A stretch of 64,000 nt of DNA, from NCBI GenBank assembly GCA_013416795.1, contig RQSC01000806.1, positions 62,001 to 126,000 of the forward strand, read 5' to 3'. A model generated the notes under the pieces. That model was not told the origin of the DNA and searched no databases. It worked only from the letters and a program-made list of their open reading frames with translations. This document shows positions 35,502 to 45,691 of the stretch, piece after piece; within the stretch, counting starts at the first letter, position 1; every line of letters starts with the position of its first letter. Both the position numbers and the translations under genes were made by a program. The DNA comes from Prasinococcaceae sp. CCMP 1430. Taxonomy: Eukaryota > Plantae > Prasinodermophyta.

Positions 35502-35762
35502 ACCTTAATCCTAATTTCATATAACCACGGGAGACTATCTTTCGCCTGACCCAGGTTCGCACGCCGTCACGGGCGCATCGCCCCGGTCTCTCACCCCCCC
35601 CTCCGCCGCTCGAACCGGTCCATCACCGGGTTCGGCGTCCGCGCATCCGGGTTCGCCGCGCCGCGCCGCGGGCGCGCCACGTCGCGCGCCGCGCGCCACT
35701 TGGCGCCGCCCAAAGCCCTCGCGGCGCTGGCCAGTATGAAATATTTTTTAAAAAAAGCTATA

Positions 35763-35885
35763 TCGAACCTCATGTGAAAGAGCGCTATTAAATACATTTA
35801 AATGGCGAGATCAAACCTGATGTGAAAAGAGCTATTAAATAAATAAAAAAAGCTTTTCTGTCGAACCTCATGTGAAAGAGAGCGA
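35763..35885. repeat. Triple ~49-bp tandem repeat with core TCRAACCTSATGTGAAA
   Basis: Cores start at 35763, 35811 and 35861; the first two units share GCTATTAAATA downstream. Confidence 0.85.
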
Positions 35886-36573
35886 TGGAGCTCGGCGACA
35901 TGCGGGCGGAAATGCGGCTGCGCGCAGCATGCGGTTTGGTGTGAGACACGGCCACGGGAAAGAGACGCAGCAGAATGCTTGCACATCGCGTGTCACGTGC
36001 GATTCTCTCTCTTTATGGAACCCTCTTTTAAAGCACCCAAACAACGCACGCCTCAAACCTGAACCGCGGCGCTCGACCGAGGGCGCCCAGCTCCTTTTTT
36101 TGTAGCCGTTCGACCCGAATCGCCAAAAAATGTATTTACGGAAGATCGACCCCAAATGTGTCCTACCGAGTTTTATCTATCTATATCTGATATACATTCG
36201 GCGGAAGATGAGCTCGAATGTGCGACGCCGCTCTGCCGGTTCCCCCCCCGCGCCCACCCAGCCCGCGCACCCAGCCCGCGCGCTCAACAGCCCAGGCCGC
36301 ACCTGAAGTTAACAACGCAATTCTTATTCGGCGGAAATTAAATATTGAAATATTTTGAAGTGAATTCATTCTAATGTTATTAACGGAATTGTAGAGCGCG
36401 GAAAACGCGCGTTTTTTGCGGGACCCTTCCATTGCCACCATTGGCGCGCGCGCGAAAACGCGCGCGCGCGCCACAGCGCGCACGCGTGCACGCCCGCGGC
36501 GCCACCGGCACGCGCCACCGCCACCGCACTGCCACCCATCCGCGCCAGCTCCGTCTCCACCCCACCGCTCGCG

Positions 36574-37329
36574 ATGCGCCACAACCACAACCAGAGCCAG
36601 ATCTCGTTCGGCGAGGAGCCGGTGACGTACGGCATGCGCTCGGACGCCCGCGCCAACAGCAGCAACGCCTACGCCAACGGCGCCGACCAGAACTGCGGCA
36701 ACTTCATCACCGACCGCACCACCAGCCGCGTGCTCAAGGCGCCGGGCGGCGGCTCGTCGATCTCCTTCGGCGACGAAGCCCCCGCCGGCCAGCTCCAGCA
36801 GCAGGCGCCGACGCGCCGCGGACCGCCTGCCTCGCAGATCTCGTTCGGCTACGACGAGGCCCCCGCCCCGGCGCGCGCGGCCCAGCCTGAGCAGGCGACC
36901 TACGGCATGCGCTCGGACGCCCGCGCCAACAGCAGCAACGCCTACGCCAACGGCGCCGACCAGAACTGCGGCAACTTCATCACCGACCGCACCACCAGCC
37001 GCGTGCTCAAGGCGCCGGGCGGCGGCTCGTCGATCTCCTTCGGCGACGAAGCCCCCGCCGGCCAGCTCCAGCAGCAGGCGCCGACGCGCCGCGGACCGCC
37101 CCCCGCGTCGCAGATCTCGTTCGGGGGGGAGCCGACTACCTATGGCATGCGCTCGGACGCCCGCGCTAACAGTAGCAACGCCTACGCCGACGGAGGCAAC
37201 CAGAACTGCGGCAACTTCATCACCGACCGCCCCACGAGCCGCGTGCTCAAGGCTCCGGGCGGTGGCTCTTCGATCTGCTTCGGCAGCGAGAACGTCAACC
37301 CCCAGCACACCGGCCATTGGACCCGCTAA
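36574..37329 (+). CDS. SPIRAL1-like (PGG-motif) microtubule-associated protein with three tandem repeats
   Basis: Three copies of YGMRSDARANSSNAYA.G..QNCGNFITDR.TSRVLKAPGGGSSI.FG, matching the SPR1 C-terminal motif QN(C/T)GNF.TDR.ST.V.AAPGGGSS. Confidence 0.75.
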   Translation: MRHNHNQSQISFGEEPVTYGMRSDARANSSNAYANGADQNCGNFITDRTTSRVLKAPGGGSSISFGDEAPAGQLQQQAPTRRGPPASQISFGYDEAPAPARAAQPEQATYGMRSDARANSSNAYANGADQNCGNFITDRTTSRVLKAPGGGSSISFGDEAPAGQLQQQAPTRRGPPPASQISFGGEPTTYGMRSDARANSSNAYADGGNQNCGNFITDRPTSRVLKAPGGGSSICFGSENVNPQHTGHWTR

Positions 37330-37665
37330 ACGAGGCGTCCCCTAACTGCGGCGCGCCTCCATTGCGCAGCCGCATGCATCGCTGGCCACCAGTAGTCCTT
37401 AAGTCCTAATGACGCTCGCGACCCGAGCATAACGCCACCGCTCTTTTCGAGCGCATCGACCCGGCGGCGAGCGCGTCGCCACGCCCGGCGCAGCGGTCAC
37501 TCGCGCACGGCGCTCGGCAGCCGGGGGTCGTTCTGTGAGTGCAAAGAGTGTCGTGCAACATTATCGCGCGAGGCATGCCCGCCAGCGCTCGCGCGGGTCG
37601 TCGAAGCAGGAATCCCGCGCGTGCGCGCCCAGCCACCACCCCCGCGCGCGCGAGCGCCGTGCTTG

Positions 37666-38337
37666 CTAGCTCGCCAGCGCCTCGAGCACGGGGTCGAAGC
37701 TGGTGACGAACCAGTCCGCGCCCTCGCGGATGACGTCGCGCGCCACGACCCCTCCGTAGCCAATGAAGACGTCCGCACCGCCCTCCGCGCGCGCCTCGAG
37801 GTCGGTCGCGCCATCGCCGAACATGAGCACCGTCTGCTTGCCACGAGCCGCGCGAATGTGCGCCACTGCGGCCGCCTTGCCACCGCTGCGGCTGGTGAAC
37901 GCCTCCTCGTCGAAGCCCGCGTACGTGCCCGCGGGCTCTTCTCCCGCGCTGCCGCCCTCTCCGTGGAAGAGGATGGTGTTCGCGAAGATGTTGTCGTGCG
38001 GCACGCCGAGCTCATCCGAAACCGGCCTGATCATCTGCGTAAAGCCGCCAGACACGAGGAAGACCTCAGTGCCGCGAGCCTGCAGCGCTGCGACGAGTTC
38101 CTTGATGCCGGGCGACAGACGCGGCGGGTTGTTTGCGAGGAAGTCGGCCAGCTGCGCCTCGGTGGGCTCGATGAGCGAGAGGCGCGCGGCGAGCGCCTCC
38201 CGGAAGCCCACCGAGCCGCCCATGGCCTTGGCCGTCCACGCCGCGACGGCCTCGCCCGCGCCGCAGGCTGCCGCGAGCTCATCGATGCCCTCGTCCACGC
38301 ACACGGTAGAGTCCACGTCGAAGCACGCCGCGTCGGC
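37666..38337 (-). CDS. PSP: Phosphoserine phosphatase (HAD superfamily); native 5' end unclear
   Basis: [68 protein letters not shown]. Confidence 0.92.
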   Translation of the reverse strand, partial: ADAACFDVDSTVCVDEGIDELAAACGAGEAVAAWTAKAMGGSVGFREALAARLSLIEPTEAQLADFLANNPPRLSPGIKELVAALQARGTEVFLVSGGFTQMIRPVSDELGVPHDNIFANTILFHGEGGSAGEEPAGTYAGFDEEAFTSRSGGKAAAVAHIRAARGKQTVLMFGDGATDLEARAEGGADVFIGYGGVVARDVIREGADWFVTSFDPVLEALAS

Positions 38338-38655
38338 GCCGCGCAGCGCCGCGAGCAGCTTTTCCTTGAGACCGCCGATCGGCAGTACGCGACCGCGCAG
38401 CGTGACCTCGCCCGTCATCGCGATGTCCTTGCGCACCGACACGCCGGTGAGCGTCGAGACAATCGCGGTGACCAGGCCGATGCCGGCGGACGGACCGTCC
38501 TTGGGCGTCGCGCCTTCCGGCACGTGGATGTGGATATCGCTCTTTTCAAACACCTCGGACTTGATGCCAAGGCGGCTGGCACGACTGCGCACCACGGTGC
38601 GCGCCGCTTCGATCGATTCCTTCATCACGTCGCCCAAGGTACCGGTGCGGATCAC
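38338..38655 (-). other. lon: Bacterial-type Lon protease C-terminal proteolytic-domain fragment (~106 aa), in frame with PSP
   Basis: [64 protein letters not shown]; no Lon ATPase domain nearby. Confidence 0.92.
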
Positions 38656-39050
38656 GTACTCCGGGCGGTGGCTCTTCGATCTGGCGCGGCGCGCGCGCGC
38701 GCTGTGGCACGCGCACCGAGCGATCGGCCCCAGGCAGCCCGCAACGGAGTTTCGCGGAGCGACGCGCATTTCGGAGCCGTCTTTACGCCCCCCGAGCCTC
38801 GCGCGTCGTCTCATTTCACGGAATAATTTGGGAGGCGGTTCGGGCGTTCGCCCGAGCTGCCGCCCGCGCCGCAAAAACCTGCGCGCGCGCGGGTGCGTTT
38901 TGACCTGCGAATCGGATGTGAGTCGCCCGTGGGTAGATGTGATGGTGGTGTGGGAGTGTGGAGGGCGCGCGCGCGCGCGCGGGCCGCGGGCGCGCGTGGG
39001 CGCGCCAGAGNNNNNNNNNNNNNNNNNNNNNNNNNNNNNNNNNNNNNNNN

Positions 39051-40571
39051 GCGGCGGCGGCGGACGGCGCGCGCTCGGGCGCGGCGGCGGGCCCCGGCAA
39101 GGCGACGGGAAAGAGCGTGGATCTCAAGCCGTGCCGTGGCACGCGCGACTTCCCGCCCGAGGAGATGCGCACGCGCAGCTGGCTGTTCGGCGCGTTCCAC
39201 GACGTCGCGCGCGCGTTCGGCTTCGAGGAGTGGGACGCGCCCGTGCTCGAGAGCGAGGAGCTGTACACGCGCAAGGCGGGCGAGGAGATCACGGGGCAGC
39301 TCTTCAACTTCGAGGACAAGGTGCGCGCGGGGAACTGAAGGGCGCGCCGCTCGGGGGCGCGTGCTGCGCCGCGCCTTCCCCCCGCACACTGCGCCCCTTC
39401 CCCCCCCACCTCCCCATCTCCCCCCAGGCGCGCCATGCACGCGCGGCTGGCTGACGCGCCCGCCCGCCCCTCACCCCCGCACTCCCGCACACGCTCGCAG
39501 GGCGGCCGGCGGGTGAGCCTGAGGCCCGAGCTCACGCCATCGCTGGCACGGATTGCGCTGTCCAAGGGGAAGGCACTGTCGCTGCCGGCGAAGTGGTACG
39601 CGATCGGCCAGTGCTGGCGATACGAGCGCACGACGCGCGGGCGTCGCCGCGAGCACTATCAGTGGAACATGGACATCATCGGTGTGCCCGGCGTCAGCGC
39701 CGAGGCCGAGCTGCTCTCCGCCATCGCGACGCTCTTCGAGCGCCTAGGGCTGAGCTCGGCGGACGTGGGCATCAAGGTGTCCTCTCGCAAGCTCCTCCAG
39801 GGCGTCGCGGCAAAGTACGAGGTGCCGGACGAGCTCTTCGCGCCCGTGTGCGTCGTCGTGGACAAGCTCGACAAGATTGGCGCCGAGAAGGTGGAGGCGG
39901 AGCTCGCCGAGCTCGGCGTGGGCGCCGACGCCGCGCGCGGCATTTTGAACGCGCTCGGCATGAGCTCCATCGACGAGCTCGCGGCGGAGCTGGGTGAGGA
40001 GGCTGAGGCCGTCGTCGAGCTGCGCGAGATCTGGTCGCTCTGTGAGGGGTACGGAATCGCCGACTGGCTAGTCTTCGACGCCAGCGTCGTTCGCGGCCTC
40101 GCGTACTACACTGGCGCCGTCTTCGAGGCGTTCGATCGCAAGGGTGAGCTGCGCGCCATCTGCGGCGGCGGCCGGTACGACACGCTGCTGCAGACCATGT
40201 CGGGCGGCAAGGCGGGCGTGGGGCAGCCCATGGTGGGGTTCGGCTTCGGCGACGCCGTCATCATGGAGCTGCTGGCGGACAGGAACCTGCTGCCGGAGCC
40301 CGCGGCGACTGCAGACGACGTCGTGGCCATCATGGACGAGACGCTGCGGCCGCAGGCGCTGGATGCCGCGCGGCGGCTGCGCGCGGCGGGGCGCAAAGTG
40401 GACGTCGTGCTTGAGCCCAAGAAGTTCAAGTGGATCATCCGCCACGCCGAGCGCTCTGGGGCGGAGCGGTTGGTGCTGGTGGGCTCGCAGGAGTGGCAGA
40501 AGGGTTGCGTGCGCGTCAAGGACCTCGCAAAGCGCGAGGAGCAGGACGTGCCCCTTGACGAGCTCGTCTGA
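39051..40571 (+). CDS. HisRS: Histidyl-tRNA synthetase, probably organellar; exons <39051..39320, 39501..40571 (N-terminus in gap)
   Basis: [33 protein letters not shown]|[54 protein letters not shown]. Confidence 0.95.
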
Positions 40572-40818
40572 GCTCACCCGCGCTTAGGTAGCCATGTGTG
40601 TTTATATCATTTTTGTGTACACATCGACGTAGAGCGACCACCGCCGAGCGGCGAGCCCGGCGAGCCACTCCGGCACACGTCCGCGCGCGCAGCTGGCGGC
40701 GCGCGCTCACGCGCCGTCCGTGGCCGGCCTTGCGAACTCGCGACGCGTAAGGATTCGTTACGGCGGAGCGAACACAGGCGAAGGCGCTGCTCTCGCTTCC
40801 TGAGGTGCCCGTGCACGC

Positions 40819-41180
40819 TCAGGCGCTGAGCATGCTGATCACGTACAGCATCGATGCGGCCGAGATGAGGCCGGAGGGCATGAACTTCTTCGATGACACG
40901 AAGCGCTTCCCCATGAACAGCATCAGACCACCGCCAACCGCCAGTGCAAGCGGCAGGCCAGCGCCCTCGAAGCCGATGAGACCCGCGGCCATGAGGAGGG
41001 CAACAGCGCCGAGCGAGAACGCGAGCGACTTGACGCTCTGAGCCTTGGCGTAGCCGGCGAAGCCACCAGCCGTCAGCAGGGCGGCGTACATCAGCGTGAA
41101 ATCGTAGCGCCTGCTCTCGCTGCTGTCACCGCCGCCGCCGCCGCCGCGGCCGCCGCCGCCGCCGCCGCTGCGGTGGGAGG
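40819..41180 (-). CDS. TMEM14/FAX family small membrane protein with upstream Gly-rich segment; start unresolved
   Basis: YDFTLMYAALLTAGGFAGYAKAQSVKSL..MGKRFVSSKKFMPSGL..SMLY is the TMEM14 signature. Confidence 0.85.
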
Positions 41181-41415
41181 CGCGGAGCGTGCGGTGCGAG
41201 GCGTTGGGCTGTTGGGTGGGGTGGTGGGGGCGCTGCGGCTAGCAGCTGCGGCGGTGGGAGAGAGAGGGTGCGCGCGTGCGCACTCTTGTCGTTTCTGCCG
41301 CAATGGAATCTTGGGCTGCTCGCTTTGTGTGCCCTGCTGACGCGACGGCGCCATGCCATGCTCCGAATGCTGTGCACGCTGCGCGCGGACGGCGCGCGCA
41401 TGGGCAGCGGCAAGC

Positions 41416-43113
41416 ATGGCTAGCGGCGGCTACTCCGAAGACGGCGGCATGGACGAACTCCCGCTCTCGCAGGCCGACGTGGCGGCGCTGCGCACGCCTG
41501 CGGCGGCGCTAGCCATGGAGCGCCGCCTGCACGGCAGGAAGAACGGCGATGCGAATGACGGCCCGTCCAAGGCGAAAATGTTCAACGACCCCGTCCACGG
41601 CCACTTCCGCGTGGACCCGCTACTCGTGTCCGTGATCGACACCCCGCAGTTCCAGCGCCTGCGCGACCTCAAGCAACTGGGCACGTCGCATTTTGTTTTC
41701 CCGGGCGCCGTGCACACGCGCTTCGACCACTCACTGGGCGTCGCGCACCTCAGCGACGTGTTTGTGCGGCGCATCGAGGTTGGGCAGAAGTCGCTCAACA
41801 TCACTTTTGACGACATCCAGGTCGTGCGCCTTGCCGGCCTCGTCCACGACCTTGGGCACGGTCCGTTCTCGCATGTGTTCGACAACGAGTTCCTGCCAGC
41901 GGTCGGCTTCCCGAAGGGGGGGTTCGTCCACGAGAAGATGTCGTGCGACATCCTGGATTTGCTGGTGGACGAAAACAACATCGACATCGACAAGGACACG
42001 CTGGATCGCGTGAAGGAGGTGGTAATGAGCTCGGAGGTGGACATGATAGGGCCCGACGGCAGGCACAAGTGGGGTGACAAGGGTTTCTTGTGCGAGTTCG
42101 TCGCCAATGGGCGCAACAGCATAGACGTGGACAAGTTCGACTACATGATGCGGGACTGCTTCTACTCTGGTGTGAAGGCGAGCTGCGATTTCAGCCGGCT
42201 TATGGAGCAGGTCAAGGTCATCGGGGGCGAGATGTGTTGGAAGGCCTCCGAGGCAGACAACATCTACGAGCTCTTCCACACGCGTGCCTCGCTCCACCGC
42301 CGCATCTACACGCACAAGAAGGCCAAGGCCATCGAGTTCATGGTCACCGACGCGCTCGCCGCGGCCAATCCGGTCCTGAGGATCACCGACAAGGTGAGCG
42401 ACCCCCGAGACTTCTGGAAGCTCGACGACACTGTGCTCAAGCAGATCGAGCAGATGCCGGAGGAGCCGGCGCTTGAGGACGCGAAGGGAATCATGCACCG
42501 CATTCGCACGCGCGATCTGTACACCCACGTGAACGAGGTCGTCATCCCGCCCGAGAGGCTGCCGCATTGGCTGAACAGGAAGGTGTTGCCCGAGGAGATT
42601 ATCACCTGCACGCCGCACGAGTTCGCGGACGCCAAGCTGACCGCCGCCGACGTGCGCGTGAACAACATGAAGATCAACTACTGCAAGAAGGACGCGCACG
42701 GGCGTTCGATCAACCCAGTGGACTGCGTGCGCTTCTTCTCGGACATGACCGACCAGACCTCGTTCCTCATCCCGAAGGACAAGGTGTCCTCGATGATGCC
42801 CGCGCACTTCGAGGAGCGTCGCGTGCGCGTGTACTGCTCGACCAGCCGCAAGTCGGACGACTACCAGCGCAAGTGTGAGGCGCTGGCGGCCGCCTTCGAG
42901 AAATTCCAGGAGCAGGAGGGCATGCGAGACCAGCAGGTCCACAGGACGCCCTTGAAGCAGCAGCGCAAGCGACAGCGCAGCGACGCGTCGCTGGCGGGCC
43001 CGGGGGAGGACACTCCGCACAGCGCGCACACGGGCACGTACGTGGGTGATCGCCAACGCCAACTCCAGGGCCAGCGCCTCTTCGCGAGAGGCCTCGGCAA
43101 CGGCATGCAGTGA
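41416..43113 (+). CDS. SAMHD1: SAMHD1-like HD-domain dNTP triphosphohydrolase (VEN4-like, no SAM domain)
   Basis: FNDPVHG, IDTPQFQRLRDLKQLG, HTRFDHSLGV, LVHDLGHGPFSH, IDVDKFDY, IYTHKK; intronless. Confidence 0.93.
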   Translation: MASGGYSEDGGMDELPLSQADVAALRTPAAALAMERRLHGRKNGDANDGPSKAKMFNDPVHGHFRVDPLLVSVIDTPQFQRLRDLKQLGTSHFVFPGAVHTRFDHSLGVAHLSDVFVRRIEVGQKSLNITFDDIQVVRLAGLVHDLGHGPFSHVFDNEFLPAVGFPKGGFVHEKMSCDILDLLVDENNIDIDKDTLDRVKEVVMSSEVDMIGPDGRHKWGDKGFLCEFVANGRNSIDVDKFDYMMRDCFYSGVKASCDFSRLMEQVKVIGGEMCWKASEADNIYELFHTRASLHRRIYTHKKAKAIEFMVTDALAAANPVLRITDKVSDPRDFWKLDDTVLKQIEQMPEEPALEDAKGIMHRIRTRDLYTHVNEVVIPPERLPHWLNRKVLPEEIITCTPHEFADAKLTAADVRVNNMKINYCKKDAHGRSINPVDCVRFFSDMTDQTSFLIPKDKVSSMMPAHFEERRVRVYCSTSRKSDDYQRKCEALAAAFEKFQEQEGMRDQQVHRTPLKQQRKRQRSDASLAGPGEDTPHSAHTGTYVGDRQRQLQGQRLFARGLGNGMQ

Positions 43114-43508
43114 AAAGCTAATAGTGCTACCTGACGGCGTGGGCTCGCGGCAGCCCTGTGGTGGCGCAACGTACTTGCAGAGTAGAGGTGCTGACTTTAC
43201 ATAACTTTTTTGCTCGCGATGTTATCAGGTAGTACACTTGTCTGCGCTGCGCTTGGGGACCGCGCGCGCCACGCGGCGCAGCGCCGCCGCACCTCGACCC
43301 GGTGTCCTCACCCATGCCCTCGCGCGCGCATGCGCCCGCGCGGTCGCGTGGAAGCATCAGCCAACTCTCCAATCTTATGACTTGGCAGATCGCGTGGAAG
43401 TGCCCGCCTGGGCGGTGCCGAATGATGGCCGCGCGCGAACAAGAATCTGCTGCGTGCGTGCGCGCTCGCGCATGCGCGCGCGCGCGCGTGCAGCCGCCTC
43501 GGAGTCGC

Positions 43509-44950
43509 TTAGTCCGAAGCGTGCTTCTTGGCAGCGGAGAGCTCCTCGACGGTGTCCCACTCGGCGGCGCAGTCCTCCGTGCAGCTCTGCGGGCGTCGGA
43601 ACAGGCCGCCGCGATGTGCGCACGTGCGAGCGAACGAGCAAGTGTAGGCAGCGCCCCGTAGCGTACGCTCGCGTCAGCAACGTGGGATGAGGGTGGGGGT
43701 CGGGGGTGGGGTGGGGAGGAGCTGACAAGCATGCTCGCGCCACCGAGGTTTCGCGCGTGCGCCTTCGCGCGGGCGCACCTGCGCGACCGCAATGGCCTCA
43801 GCGAGCGCGTCCTCGATGCGCTTGAGCTTCGAGGTGTCGGCAGAGCCCGCGGAGCGCTTGGCCGAGGACGCGGTCGCCGCAGCGTTCTCGATGGCCCGGA
43901 TCGTGTCCATGTCGAAGGTCGCGGCGCTCTGGGCCTCGTCGATGAGCGCGCGCGTCTCCTTGATGTACGCCTCGGCACCCTGCGAGCGCGTGTGCGCGCG
44001 AGCGAGTAAGAGCGCGCGAGCGTGCGCGAGAGGAGGGCGACGAGCGCATGCGGGGCGCGGCGATCGGAGACAGTCAGCGGTGGCATTCCCCGCTGGGGCA
44101 GGGCGGGGTGGGGGGCCGAGGCGCGCGACAGGGCGCGCTCAAGCGCGCACGCGCGCCACACGCGGCGCACGCGCATGCACGCCACACGCGATGCACGCCA
44201 CGCGCGGCGCGCACGCACACTCCGCGCAGCCGCACAGCGGTTCGCGGATGCGCGCAAGCGCAAGAGGGCTCCCGGCGCACCTTGGGGAGCGTGGCGTTGT
44301 TGTTGGCCTTGGGCGCGTCCTCCTTGCTCGCCGCCGCCGAGAGCTCCTCAACCGTGTCCCACTCCACCGCGCAGTCGTCCTCGCACTCCTTGGCGAGCTG
44401 TGGGGCGCGACGCGCGAGGCTGTGTTAGCGACCGCCGTGCCGACGCGATCGCAGGCGCCCTCGCGCGAGTGCGCCCACGCTGCTCACGCAGCCGACGACC
44501 GCGTGGCAGCGGCGCGAGAGCAGCGCGGGAGCGCGGGTGTTGGTGGTGGGCGGGTGGGTCGGTGGGGTGGGTGAGGGGTGGAGAGGCGCAGGCGGGGGTG
44601 CGCGGGCGGAGTTTGGCGTGCGTTTGTCGCGACGCGTGTGAGGTGGGCGCGCCGCGTGCTGGCGTGGGGCTCGCCTCGCGCCCGGCCGCCGCGCGCACCT
44701 CGAGCGCCTCCGCCAGCTTGGCCTTGAGATCGTACTCGACCTCGGGCAGGTGCCTCAGCCAGAAGGCGAGCACCTCGTCGGCGTGCTCCGCGGTGAACTC
44801 GTGCGCCGCCCAGGCGACGTTGAGGGCCTCGGAGAGCGGCGAGGCGTCGGCGGCGAGGCCGTCGGCGGCGGAGGGCGGCGCGGCGCCCGCGGAGCGAAGC
44901 GCCTCGCGCCACCGCGAGGCTCGCGGGTCCTCTGCGCGGAGCGCGGGGTC
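43509..44950 (-). CDS. Protein with two CP12 N-terminal-type motifs; inferred exons ?..44699, 44397..44281, 43979..43779, 43586..43509
   Basis: Four phase-0 exons with GTGCGC donors give KLAEALE|LAKECEDDCAVEWDTVEELSAAAS and LAEAIAVAQ|SCTEDCAAEWDTVEELSAAKKHASD*; start not located. Confidence 0.75.
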
Positions 44951-45408
44951 GGGGGCGCGNCTTTTGTGTGTATGCGCGTGGCGTCTCTTCGGTACAATTT
45001 GAGGGGCCAGTTAGCGCGGCTCGCGGCTTTTTCCCCTGTTCCCCCGCACCCGGGCGCGAAGCCGCACCATTGAGGTATGTAATTATTAGGGTTGTGTATT
45101 CTCCGCTCAAGGGATGCATTTTGACGTTTCATCAATGCGAGACGCGTCGGCGCGAGGTTGAGGTTTCAAGCGACCGCCCGGCGCGCGCGCGGCGGCGCGC
45201 CGATGAGTGCCAGCGAGGCGAGCGGCCGGCGCGCCCCGCTGGCGACCCTCGCAGCGACCCTAACTGATTTGAGGTTTTACCGCAAGCCATCGATGGGCGA
45301 GCGTCGAATGGAACGCGAAGGTCATTTAAAATGACGAACGAATGAAAAATGAGTAGACCCTCATACGACGGCGCGGCGCGCGCGGCAGCGGCGAGGGAGC
45401 GGAGCGGG

Positions 45409-45438
45409 CCTAAACCCTACCCCTAAACCCTAAACCCT
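45409..45438 (+). repeat. Short interstitial plant-type telomeric/telo-box tract (CCCTAAA)n
   Basis: CCTAAACCCTACCCCTAAACCCTAAACCCT read directly. Confidence 0.8.
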
Positions 45439-45658
45439 GAGGCCGCCCGGCCGTGAGGACACACCGGGCCGTCAGGGTGCCGGCGAGTGAGGGCCGGCCG
45501 GCGGGGGTGTTGAGGGCGTGCTCGATCGATTCCAGGCCGCGGCCGGGGCTGTTGGCTGGGGCGCGGATGGGCGGAGCTCTGCTGAGCCCGTCCGCGGCGC
45601 CCGCTCTCTACGTTCAACAATGGGGCCCCATCCACGGTCCTTACACCAACCCCAACCC

Positions 45659-45691
<33 letters not shown>

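Noticed and set aside
35763-35885. CRISPR-like array (three ~20-bp repeats with ~30-bp spacers)
   Set aside because: The repeats are degenerate, the spacers resemble each other (CTATTAAATA), there are no cas genes, and the context is eukaryotic; it is a tandem repeat.
3731-43113. DNA-repair/cell-cycle cluster (NBS1, NDC80, CDKC, RECQ, SAMHD1)
   Set aside because: Five of ~37 genes in broad categories is plausible by chance, and no dedicated shared motif was seen.
45409-45438. Telomerase RNA template
   Set aside because: The tract spans several repeats rather than ~1.5, and no USE/TATA Pol III promoter was seen upstream.
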